Origin: Bacteroidales bacterium
Lineage (GTDB): Bacteria; Bacteroidota; Bacteroidia; Bacteroidales; F082
Length of the DNA: 64,000 nucleotides
Assembly: GCA_030683155.1 (NCBI GenBank)
Contig: JAUXMV010000019.1
Span: forward strand, 6,422 to 70,421
Reading direction: 5' to 3'
In this document: positions 31,501-40,003 of the stretch, piece after piece
Numbering within the stretch: position 1 is the first letter of the stretch
How the letters are laid out: each line of letters starts with the position of its first letter
Program-made: the position numbers and the translations under genes
The notes under the pieces: generated by a model
Databases searched by the model: none
What the model saw: the letters and a program-made list of their open reading frames with translations, nothing else
Told to the model about the DNA's origin: nothing

Positions 31501-31694
31501 TGCCTGTGAAACTGATGAAAAACAATGTTCAAAATCTGAGACTTTCACTTTCACTGGATGAGTTTTTCACATTCACCAATTATCCCGGAATGGATCCTGT
31601 TGCAGGTTCTGGAACTGACGCAGGACAAGGAATTGACCGCGGATTCTATCCAAGTCCACGCAAGGTTCTCTTCGGTTTAAATCTGGCTTTCTAG
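28578..31694 (+). CDS. SusC/RagA family TonB-dependent outer membrane transporter
   Basis: Has a carboxypeptidase-regulatory-like N-terminal domain, a plug domain, and a C-terminal barrel ending in F. Confidence 0.92.
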   Translation: MKSDVYNLLKLNTLAKKVLFLTGILFLSVTFTLTAQGAFNFSGMVQGENGEALPGVNVVEKGTTNGTISGIDGAFQINLNKQTILFVFSMVGYETIEKELKANVKEIIVLKESVVGLSEILVVGYGIQKRSNITGAIAKLGNKELAQLPTTNVNEALQGRIAGVNVTTTSGSPGAGQKVVIRGVATNGNVQPLYIVDGMATGNIDNLEPNDVESVTVLKDAASAAIYGAEAANGVVLITTKSGVKGPGKVEYSFQAGSQSIGSYTQPMDAASYATWINEANVGVTIPTNSSTNTNWMDETLNTAMLQRHHLAFSGATEKGNYYVSGGYMNQDGVIGGDKSHYERFTLRTNITQQIKPWIKVGTNVNYTHMQRNSITEDSEFGGIISSALMLDPLTPVIYTGALPDFAQTVLGQGNTLVQNADGFYYGLSPYVKGEIANPLAMIEIAKGGTKEDKFMGNMYLTLGDESWRGFKFTTRTSADVANQLFHTWFPTYWFSSERMNTQANVRDNTNTWFTWMWENYVSYDKTFGIKHNISAVAGISAKQFTHKYLNTQSGPMFAEGDNFAQHGGVEIAGRVSGNLRDTRTSSYFARASYDYDGKYLVNAIFRRDGTSLLHPDQRWGNFPSVSAGWILSKEEFWNVDFIDFFKVRASWGTNGNLSGLGPDQFRSLIISSGIQYPKPGGGFYTGAEPELLANPELTWATSEQIDLGFDMNLLGDKFSVGFDYFHKKTRDLLVPGTPPPSVGNNAPFVNAGDVTNKGVELELVYRNYDHALKYDISANFTWLNNEVTFLNPLLDRVGGTSVGTGWTATYLELNQPVWFFRGYKTDGIFQNQAEIDAYKAANGGLAGYNPVPGDPIVVNTNGDNLINNEDQTSIGSPHPKFMWGTYLNFSYSGFDMRLFVQGVHGQDVLLGWNRYDRSTSNRPQFFFDERWTGEGSTNERPRADQSSPYIYNSDLMIFKGSYVKIRQIQLGYTVPVKLMKNNVQNLRLSLSLDEFFTFTNYPGMDPVAGSGTDAGQGIDRGFYPSPRKVLFGLNLAF

Positions 31695-31748
31695 TCTTGA
31701 CTGACATTTAAATAAAAAAATTAGTAGTATTCATAAAAAGATAATACA

Positions 31749-33263
31749 ATGAAAACACATTATAAAATAATATTTGTCCTGGCATTTATCACACTTTTTT
31801 CAGCATGCAACAAAGACTTTTTAGAAGTAGATCCTATCGGAAAAATGTCTGTTGACCTTTTCTATAAAACAGATGAAGATGCTACAAAAGCCATCATGGC
31901 CACATACGACATCCTTCAATGGATGAATGCACGCGACTGGAATAGTGCCTATTTGGTAAAAACTTTCCCTTCCGACGAGTCGAATGTTGGCGGAGGTGAT
32001 GCCGGTGACCAACCTCCTTATCAGGAGTTGGGTATATATACCTACGGACCCAGTAATGCACCTATTACTGCAGTGTGGCAATCTAATTATTTTGGTGTAT
32101 ATCGCGCAAACCTTGTTTTGAACAATGTTCTTCCGGAGACAGATTTACGCAAGCAAATTCTTGCAGAGGCAAAATTCCTTCGCGCCTATTACTATTTCGA
32201 GATTGCATCCATGTTTGGCGGTGGCCCGCTAATTCTTGCAGAACTTGCTCCAAGCGAATACAGTCAACCTTTTGTTAATGCAGCGGCACTTTATGCGCAA
32301 ATTGAAAAAGACCTTACAGACGCGATAGCTGGACTTCCATTAAAAAGCGCTTATGGCATGAGCGATAAATTCAGAGCATCAAAAGGCACTGCGCAGGCAT
32401 TGCTCGGAAAAGCTTATTTATACCAAAAGAAATACACCGAAGCTGCGGCAGCTTTTGAGCAGGTCATCGCATCAACAGAATACGCTTTACAGGAAAATTA
32501 TTCAACACTTTTCCTTCAGGAGTCAGAATTTGGTGTAGAATCACTTTTTGAAGTTTCCTGGGTTACAACAGCCGGTTATGATTGGGGAACATTCCAGTGG
32601 GGTGGTGCAAGACCAATGGAAAACAACATCACCTGGCAGCTGACAGGGCCCAGAGGCGATTATTTTGAAGCTGGAACCACTGGTTTAATTGGCGGTTGGG
32701 GCTTCAACTATCCAAAGCAGAGTTTATACAATGTTTTTGCAGCAGCTGGTGATACCGTCAGAAAACCGGCTTCAATTCTGTCGCTTGCCGACTTAAGAGC
32801 TTTGGGTGGCAACTGGACCAATGAAAGCTCATGGGGCTGGGATGGCTGTATCCGTGTTAAATACGGAACCAGAATGGACGAAACAAGTGGTGATGATGGC
32901 GCAGTTCCTGAGTTAAACTACGGAACCAATCTTCGTCTCATCCGCTATGCCGATGTACTGTTGATGGCAGCTGAAGCTTACCACATGGCCGGCGACAACG
33001 GAACTGCAGCTTTATATCTGAACAAAGTAAGAGAAAGAGCAAATCTCGGTGCATTCCAGGGAAACATTATGGATGCAATCAAAAAAGAACGTCAAATGGA
33101 ACTGTGTTTTGAAGGTGTTCGCTTCCTCGACCTTGTTCGTTGGGGAGATGCACCAACAGTTTTAGGACCTTTAGGCTTCGTTGCTGGCAAACATGAAGTG
33201 TTTCCAATCCCTCAGGATGAAATGAGAAACAACTCCAATGCTGTCCAGAACAATAACTATTAG
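31749..33263 (+). CDS. SusD/RagB family nutrient-binding outer membrane lipoprotein
   Basis: Has a lipoprotein signal (LFSAC). The SusD-like TPR core lies immediately downstream of susC. Confidence 0.92.
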   Translation: MKTHYKIIFVLAFITLFSACNKDFLEVDPIGKMSVDLFYKTDEDATKAIMATYDILQWMNARDWNSAYLVKTFPSDESNVGGGDAGDQPPYQELGIYTYGPSNAPITAVWQSNYFGVYRANLVLNNVLPETDLRKQILAEAKFLRAYYYFEIASMFGGGPLILAELAPSEYSQPFVNAAALYAQIEKDLTDAIAGLPLKSAYGMSDKFRASKGTAQALLGKAYLYQKKYTEAAAAFEQVIASTEYALQENYSTLFLQESEFGVESLFEVSWVTTAGYDWGTFQWGGARPMENNITWQLTGPRGDYFEAGTTGLIGGWGFNYPKQSLYNVFAAAGDTVRKPASILSLADLRALGGNWTNESSWGWDGCIRVKYGTRMDETSGDDGAVPELNYGTNLRLIRYADVLLMAAEAYHMAGDNGTAALYLNKVRERANLGAFQGNIMDAIKKERQMELCFEGVRFLDLVRWGDAPTVLGPLGFVAGKHEVFPIPQDEMRNNSNAVQNNNY

Positions 33264-33303
33264 CACTTAATTTTTGGGTTTTTAAATATAGTGGTTAGTG
33301 ATT

Positions 33304-33341
33304 AAAGCGGGGCAACTCATAATGCCCCGCTTTTCGTTTTT
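33304..33341 (+). terminator. Rho-independent terminator
   Basis: The stem AAAGCGGGGCA / TGCCCCGCTTT is followed by a T-rich tract. Confidence 0.7.
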
Positions 33342-33417
33342 TCATTAATACAAACAAAAAATCATTTGGCGTTCAAATTATTTCCATCAATTTTGCAGAT
33401 TCATTAAAAATTATTCA

Positions 33418-34452
33418 ATGTATATTTCAGATACTATCTTTGGCAAACTTCCAGACGGACGAGAATCAAGATTGTTTCAGGTTGCCACCAAAAATGGATT
33501 ACAAACCAGCATTACAAATTTCGGAGGTATTATTACTTCAATAAAGATGCCTGACCGCAATGGGGTGGTGAAGGAAATTTGTGCCGGTTTTGAGAAATTT
33601 GATGACTATCTAAAACCTCATCCGCAATTTGGAGCTTTGATAGGCCGATACGCAGGCCGTATTGCAGCTGGTCTTTTTAAAATTGACGACACGTTTTATC
33701 AGCTTAATTTAAACAATCCGGACTATCAGCTTCATGGCGGCGAAACAGGTTTTCACACACGTCTCTGGGACTATCAGTTAGAAGAAAACGAAGAATCTGC
33801 AAGCATAAAACTTAACTATAAAAGCCTCCATCTTGAAGAAGGATTTCCCGGGAATTTATCTGCAGAAGTGATCTATACAATTTTTGATGATAACCGGCTG
33901 GTGATTGAATACAGTGCACAAACTGATCAGCCGACACATGTAAATCTTACCAATCACGCCTATTTTAACCTGAGCGGATTTGAAGAAGATATCAGCAGTC
34001 ATTGTCTGACCATAAACGCCGATAAATTTGTTGAATTGAATGAACTGATGCTTCCTACAGGAAAGTTTATTGACTGTGAAAAAAGCCCTTTTGAATTCAG
34101 AAATCCGGTTTTACTTTCTGAGCGAAATATTCCTTATCATATTGAGCTTGACAATTGTTTTGTGCTTCAGGAAGTTGATACAAAGAGTCCTTTGGCCATT
34201 TTACACCATAACAAGTCGGGCAGAAAGATCAATGTTTGGAGCACACAACCAGGCATTCAGGTTTATTCCGGTAATTTTCTTGATGGCAGTTTGCGTGGAC
34301 ACAACAGCCAGAAATATTTCAGACACAGTGCAATATGTCTCGAAACGCAACACTTTCCGGACAGCCCGAATCATTTAAACTTTCCTTCTACCCTGCTCAA
34401 ACCAAAGGAAAAATATCATCATATCGCTACTTTCCAATTTTGCATCGAATGA
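33418..34452 (+). CDS. Aldose 1-epimerase (galactose mutarotase family)
   Basis: Carries YQLHGGETGFHTRLW and the colinear mutarotase motifs NLTNHAYFNL and ETQHFPDSPN. Confidence 0.88.
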   Translation: MYISDTIFGKLPDGRESRLFQVATKNGLQTSITNFGGIITSIKMPDRNGVVKEICAGFEKFDDYLKPHPQFGALIGRYAGRIAAGLFKIDDTFYQLNLNNPDYQLHGGETGFHTRLWDYQLEENEESASIKLNYKSLHLEEGFPGNLSAEVIYTIFDDNRLVIEYSAQTDQPTHVNLTNHAYFNLSGFEEDISSHCLTINADKFVELNELMLPTGKFIDCEKSPFEFRNPVLLSERNIPYHIELDNCFVLQEVDTKSPLAILHHNKSGRKINVWSTQPGIQVYSGNFLDGSLRGHNSQKYFRHSAICLETQHFPDSPNHLNFPSTLLKPKEKYHHIATFQFCIE

Positions 34453-34569
34453 AAATTAAATCGTTTGAGCCACAATCTTAGGTTCGATCCCTTTTGAGAA
34501 AATTAAGAAAACTTTAAGAATAAAAAGTCAGAGAGATTCAAAAAAACTCCTGGAATCATTTAGAGTATT

Positions 34570-36651
34570 TCAATTCAGGATCACAAATTTTGAAACGCTT
34601 GTGGCTCCATCAGTAAATCTTGCTTTCAAAAAATAAGTGTCTGGATTTAGTTCATTGACATCGATGGTAAATAATGTCGAATTTATTGCCATTCCCTGAA
34701 TAAGCAAACGTCCAAGCACATCCAAAATTTCATAGGATACAATTTCCGAGTTACTTCTTAATGTTATGCTGGAGCTTGCAGGGTTTGGATACAAATTCAA
34801 TCCGGTATTGATCTCAGACTCCGGAATGCTCACAAGTTGATCGTTGGAAGCAATCCAGCTTTGGGGCAGACTGTTGTCAAGATCGAGGTCAATAAGTTTC
34901 AGGTAAGGACCATTTCCATCAGCTTGTGAAGGCCATGGCGAGGAATCAAAATACCGCACTTCGTCAATAATATTTCCCCAAACATCAGACAGTACAATGT
35001 TGTAGGATTTGTTTGACAGGTAACGGGTGTATTGTCCGAAGGCTGAAAAACCATAAAATTGTTGAAAAACATCTGCATTGCTGGCCAGTCTGATAGCCGC
35101 CCTGGGAACGACAAAAGAATTGGGGGGAAACTGATAGCTTATACCCAGCTCTTTGATATAGAACCCTGTTAAATCAACAGTCTCGTCACTGTGATTGGTA
35201 ATTTCGATAAACTCCAGATCGTCTTTAGAAAAACCCTGTGCTGACTTCGGGTGGTAATGGATTTTTGAAATAACAAGGGAAGGAATGCCTGGATTGGCGC
35301 AGTTCTGATAGTTATTCAAATTCGTATTAAGCCATGTAATTCGGGCTAAAATCCAACTTTTCATGGTATAAATATGGGTGGGATGATAGCCAATCGTTCC
35401 CCATCGCTGATTTTCTCTTTGCACAGCTTCCGAAATCAGATTGACAGTTTCATCAATTTTTGCTGTTACTGATGCATTGCTCAAAGGACCTCCTGAAGCA
35501 GCAAGTTCATTCCATCTTTTGGCCAGATAGCATTTGAATGTTGGATTGTCGTATAAATTTTTCCAGAACTTTGAACCTCTGTTATCACTGTAGTTGAATT
35601 GCCATACATTTGGATGACTCCTGTCAAAACCCCAGAAAAACAGGTCATTGCCATAAGTAAGGTTCAAATCCCATATTGGCCCTGCCCTCAGTTTTCCACC
35701 TCTGTCTTTATGAAAAAAAGTACTGAACTGATAGGCATCTACATTGGAGGCAAACTCATTGATGATCATAAAATCAATGAAAGATGGGATGTCAATCATC
35801 GTCGGAAAACCATCAATCAAAGAGGCGTTTTGTGTATTCATGGCCGTTTGAAAGCCCATAAAATGATTACGGATGTAGTTGTGCTGTTGGGTGGTAACCT
35901 CGGAAGGCTTTGGGTTTTCGTGAATATAATCTACCAACCCATTGACCCCTGCATAGGAAGGCATTGTCCATGCAACAGGATCTCCACCTGTGGTTTTATC
36001 AGCCTTCGTGATATACCCACCTGTAAGGTTGGGAAGGGTATTATCGGAAGTTGTAAGCTTGACCATATTCAGTCTGTCAGTATCAATTTTTATTTTCTCC
36101 ATGAAAGTATACAGACCTTTATAATCGCCATTAACAATCACTTCACAGTATACGCCACGCGTAGAGTAATTTCCGATTTCACGCGATAAGTAGTATGATA
36201 AATAATCGCGAATTAATGAAGCATCATAAGCCAGTGCATTTAAAATCCAGTCATTTTCGCTGGGCATTCCTAAAATTGACACATTGTTGTTGGAGACATT
36301 ATCGCTTAAGCGTGTTGTTAAACCATATGGTTTTTTTGGAAGCATTTGCGAGGTTGAGCCTCTTGTTTCGATTCCGATTCTGCCGTTATAGTTCAGATAG
36401 GCTGCTGTATTTTGATCCGAGACGTAGTTGCGTGATCCATCCGGCCTAAAAATCACTTTCATGTTTCCGGGCACTTTAGGTTCATCCGGAATTTCATAAG
36501 GTTGCCCGGTAACAGGGTTGATATCAGTGGTAATAATTACAATCGGCAAATTGCTGCTCGTGAAATTCTGTGCAAAGCCAGTGAGCGACAAAAGAAAAAG
36601 AGCAAGAAGGGAAGCGATTAAATTAATCTTTTTAATAGAAGTTACAGTCAT
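34570..36651 (-). CDS. CotH kinase-family protein with lamin-tail domain and T9SS C-terminal sorting domain
   Basis: Has a signal peptide and a CotH-like core. An LTD-like segment (ISKIHYHP...LEFIEITN) follows. The C-terminal segment (LNLYPNPASSSITL...) is of Por secretion tail type. Confidence 0.8.
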   Translation of the reverse strand: MTVTSIKKINLIASLLALFLLSLTGFAQNFTSSNLPIVIITTDINPVTGQPYEIPDEPKVPGNMKVIFRPDGSRNYVSDQNTAAYLNYNGRIGIETRGSTSQMLPKKPYGLTTRLSDNVSNNNVSILGMPSENDWILNALAYDASLIRDYLSYYLSREIGNYSTRGVYCEVIVNGDYKGLYTFMEKIKIDTDRLNMVKLTTSDNTLPNLTGGYITKADKTTGGDPVAWTMPSYAGVNGLVDYIHENPKPSEVTTQQHNYIRNHFMGFQTAMNTQNASLIDGFPTMIDIPSFIDFMIINEFASNVDAYQFSTFFHKDRGGKLRAGPIWDLNLTYGNDLFFWGFDRSHPNVWQFNYSDNRGSKFWKNLYDNPTFKCYLAKRWNELAASGGPLSNASVTAKIDETVNLISEAVQRENQRWGTIGYHPTHIYTMKSWILARITWLNTNLNNYQNCANPGIPSLVISKIHYHPKSAQGFSKDDLEFIEITNHSDETVDLTGFYIKELGISYQFPPNSFVVPRAAIRLASNADVFQQFYGFSAFGQYTRYLSNKSYNIVLSDVWGNIIDEVRYFDSSPWPSQADGNGPYLKLIDLDLDNSLPQSWIASNDQLVSIPESEINTGLNLYPNPASSSITLRSNSEIVSYEILDVLGRLLIQGMAINSTLFTIDVNELNPDTYFLKARFTDGATSVSKFVILN

Positions 36652-37160
36652 CGGAAAAAACTTGAAGTTGAATTATTGATCACTTTTCCAGAAAAATTAT
36701 TCAAATAAAAGTTGAACAGTGGATTGTGAAACTATTTCACAAAAGTAGTGATTCATACGCATTAAGACCAGAATTTACCGCATATAAATAGATAAAAGCT
36801 TAAAAAAAAATCTTATTCACAATCAAAAAACCTGACTTGGTTATTCATTTCTTTCTGTTGCATGAAATCAATGGATTGCAAACAGTATTTCTTTCTTTTT
36901 ATCACTTTTGAAATAAAACACCCTCTGACGGAGACAAAAAGCAACCATAAGCAAAAAAAATACGTCATTAAACCAGCGCATTGTTAAGGTACATGTATTG
37001 AATAATCAACATCGTTTTTTTTAAGCGTAATTTATTTCGTATTCTATCAAACAATAATGCTGTTCTGGTGTAGTTATTAATAAAAATAAATGCACCAGAT
37101 TCAATAAATTCAAGGCTAAAAAAAGTAAAGGAACCAAACCAGTAACACTTATAATTCACG

Positions 37161-37985
37161 ATGAACCAACTGATTTCACCACGCGCAGAAATACACCCTG
37201 AAGCAATGATTGGCAATAATGTTATTGTTGAAGCATTTGCAAAAATTGACAAAGATGTTTTTATTGGCGACGGCACCTGGGTAGCTTCCAACGCAATTAT
37301 TTATCCCGGTGCAAGAATAGGATCACATTGCAAAATATTTCCCGGAGCCGTGATTTCAGCTGAACCACAGGATCTTAAGTTCAAAGGAGAATATTCAACC
37401 GTAGAAATCGGCAACCATACTACAATCAGAGAATATGTTACTGTCAACCGCGGGACTGCAGCAAAGGGCGTTACAAAAATTGGTGATCATTCTTTACTGA
37501 TGGCTTATACCCATCTTGGTCATGATTCAGAAATTGGCAACCATTGCGTGATTGTCAACAATGTGCAGATTGCCGGTGAGGTGGTTGTTGAAGATTGGGT
37601 TGTTATTGGGGGAATGAGCGCGATACATCAGTTTTGCCGTATTGGTCAGCACGCCATGGTTTCTGGTATGACAGGTATTTTGTCTGATGTTGCACCCTAT
37701 ACCAAGGTAATTGGAATGCCGGCAAGCTATATGGGCATCAATTATCTGGGTATGAAAAGACGTGGTTTTACCAAAAAACAGATCGATGCCGTCCATGATG
37801 CATACAGAATCATTTATCAGAATGGTTTAAACACATCGCAGGCAGTTGAATACATGCAAATGTGCCTTGATCCATCGGAGGAGATGGATGAAATAATTTC
37901 CTTTATTCGCAACTCGAAACGTGGAATCATTAAAGGTGTTGTTGCCGATATTCCCAGAAACGTTGTTGTTACTGAAGTTGCCTAG
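37161..37985 (+). CDS. lpxA: Acyl-ACP--UDP-N-acetylglucosamine O-acyltransferase
   Basis: Left-handed beta-helix hexapeptide repeats plus an LpxA C-terminal helical domain. Confidence 0.88.
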   Translation: MNQLISPRAEIHPEAMIGNNVIVEAFAKIDKDVFIGDGTWVASNAIIYPGARIGSHCKIFPGAVISAEPQDLKFKGEYSTVEIGNHTTIREYVTVNRGTAAKGVTKIGDHSLLMAYTHLGHDSEIGNHCVIVNNVQIAGEVVVEDWVVIGGMSAIHQFCRIGQHAMVSGMTGILSDVAPYTKVIGMPASYMGINYLGMKRRGFTKKQIDAVHDAYRIIYQNGLNTSQAVEYMQMCLDPSEEMDEIISFIRNSKRGIIKGVVADIPRNVVVTEVA

Positions 37986-38013
37986 GAAGTAGTCAAAAAT
38001 ATTTCTGGATTTT

Positions 38014-38556
38014 CTATAAATGCCCGGCTTGCTCAAGCTGCTGCCTGCACTTACTGCAATATGAAGTTGATTTCTGATCGATGTCTTCCACATAGGTGCT
38101 CACTTTCATCACACAATCATAAGTATGGCAATGAATCAAACCAAAGCAATGTCCAAGTTCGTGAATAATTTCTTTGGCAAAACGACTGTATAACAAGGCT
38201 TCATCGCGTGGCAAGCCATAGCGTTCGTTTCCAAGCCTGTAGAGCGATGCAATGCCAGAGTTTCCATTCAAATATGCTTGTCCGAAAATATATGTCAGAA
38301 TGGGAATATATAAATCAACTGCAACCAGGGCTATCGTTATTCTATCATCATAAGCAAGGTTTGATTCAACATACTTGAGCAATGTATTTCCGTTGTACTG
38401 TTTTCTAACAGGATCGAAGTGAGATTCCAGATCATAATGTTCCCTTTTAAAATTCACTCTGCCCTTTAGTTCATTTTCAACCAGAGCAGCCACATGCTCA
38501 AGGATTTCCTTTTCGAAATACCCAAGTGTGATAAGTGTTATTTTTTTTAAGCCCAT
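38014..38556 (-). CDS. Archaemetzincin-family zinc metalloprotease
   Basis: Carries HELGHCFGLIHCHTYDCVM followed by CSKC. This matches the archaemetzincin signature HExxHxxGxxHCxxxxCxM...CxxC. Confidence 0.85.
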   Translation of the reverse strand: MGLKKITLITLGYFEKEILEHVAALVENELKGRVNFKREHYDLESHFDPVRKQYNGNTLLKYVESNLAYDDRITIALVAVDLYIPILTYIFGQAYLNGNSGIASLYRLGNERYGLPRDEALLYSRFAKEIIHELGHCFGLIHCHTYDCVMKVSTYVEDIDQKSTSYCSKCRQQLEQAGHL

Positions 38557-38660
38557 TAAGTTTTTTATGTGATCCTGATCAGTTTCTATGGAAACATCAA
38601 TGTCTGTTAGGTTCGATATTTTAGTTTAAGGCCTGGCATAGGTAACTTGGAAAGTAAGGG

Positions 38661-40001
38661 TTAACCGTTTTGTTTCAAGTCGTACTTTTTAATTTTATTA
38701 TACAGCGTGACTCTATCAACCTGTAGTGCCTTGGCAGCGCGTGATACATTCCATTCATATTTATCAAGGATAAAAAGAATATGCTTTTTTTCAAGATCTT
38801 CAAGACTTTCAACCTGACTCACTGCCACATCTTTATTCAGTGGAAGATCTTTCACTTTTATTTCTTTGCCATTTCCAATTACAATAGCACGTTCAATCAT
38901 ATTTTCAAGCTCTCTGACATTTCCTGGAAAATCGAATTCCTGGAGTCGTTTGATTGCTCCTGACTCAATGCTGACGATGTTCCGACTCATCGAAGTACAG
39001 AATTTCTTTATGAAATGATCTACCAAAAGCGGAATATCTTCTTTTCGGCTGCGCAAAGGCGGGATCACTATATTCACAACATTGAGCCTGTAATAAAGGT
39101 CTTCGCGAAAAGTTCCGTTATCAACCATTTTTTTCAGATCTCTGTTAGTGGCACAAATGACACGGAAATCAGAATTTATCAGCTTGTTTCCACCAACGCG
39201 CATAAAGCTTTTTGATTCCAATACACGCAAAAGTTCAATCTGCATTTTAGGCGAAATTGTTGCTATCTCATCCAAAAAAATTGTGCCATTGTCGGCCATT
39301 TCAAAGCGGCCTTTTCTGTTGTAAACAGCTCCTGTGAATGCACCTTTTTCGTGACCAAACAATTCGCTTTCGAGCAAACTTTCGCTTAATGCGCCGCAAT
39401 GTACGCTCACCATAGGAAAAAATCTTCGCGAAGAATTTGCGTGTATTGCTCTAGCTATCAATTCTTTACCCGTACCACTTTCGCCATTGATAATGACAGA
39501 GGCGCTTGACTGTGCAACACTTTCAACCTCTTTCAGCAAATTTCGCATGGCTTCACTATCGCCAATGATATCTTCTACATTTTCGAGTGTGACAACGCGA
39601 TCGCGCAGTCGTTCGTTTTCTGAAGCCAGAGTTATTTGCTTGGAAGCATTTCGAATCAGGTGCGAGAGGTCATCTGGGTCAAAAGGTTTTGTTACATAAT
39701 CAAATGCTCCGTCTTTGAGTGCTTGAACGGCAGTATCGACTGTCGCAAAAGCTGTCATAACGATGACAACGGCATCAGGTTTTAGTGTTTTAATACGTTT
39801 TAGCATTTCCAATCCGTCCATGCCTGGCATTTTGATATCTGTCAGAATGATATCAAAACTTTCATTTTCAAGCAGTGCCAGTGCTTCTTTTGCGCTTTCA
39901 GCACATGCAACGTTATAGCCGTCCTCGAGAAACCAGTTATGCAGGGAATCTCTTACTGATTCTTCATCATCAACGACAAGGAGTGATATTTTCTTTGACA
40001 T
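38661..40001 (-). CDS. Sigma-54-dependent response regulator (NtrC family)
   Basis: Has a receiver domain and an AAA+ domain with GESGTGKE and GAFTGA. The C-terminal Fis-type HTH is present. Confidence 0.92.
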   Translation of the reverse strand: MSKKISLLVVDDEESVRDSLHNWFLEDGYNVACAESAKEALALLENESFDIILTDIKMPGMDGLEMLKRIKTLKPDAVVIVMTAFATVDTAVQALKDGAFDYVTKPFDPDDLSHLIRNASKQITLASENERLRDRVVTLENVEDIIGDSEAMRNLLKEVESVAQSSASVIINGESGTGKELIARAIHANSSRRFFPMVSVHCGALSESLLESELFGHEKGAFTGAVYNRKGRFEMADNGTIFLDEIATISPKMQIELLRVLESKSFMRVGGNKLINSDFRVICATNRDLKKMVDNGTFREDLYYRLNVVNIVIPPLRSRKEDIPLLVDHFIKKFCTSMSRNIVSIESGAIKRLQEFDFPGNVRELENMIERAIVIGNGKEIKVKDLPLNKDVAVSQVESLEDLEKKHILFILDKYEWNVSRAAKALQVDRVTLYNKIKKYDLKQNG

Positions 40002-40003
40002 GT

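Noticed and set aside
34481-34491. GGTTCGATCCC, a tRNA T-loop-like 11-mer between the mutarotase and CotH genes
   Set aside because: The flanks do not form a T-stem longer than 3 bp or an acceptor stem, so no tRNA can be built. It could be a decayed att-site remnant but cannot be supported.
35599-36189. 196-aa plus-strand ORF
   Set aside because: It is entirely antisense to the well-supported CotH-family gene and has no recognisable motifs.
36968-37291. 107-aa minus-strand ORF
   Set aside because: It overlaps the lpxA start in antisense, is AT-rich and low-complexity, and has no motifs.
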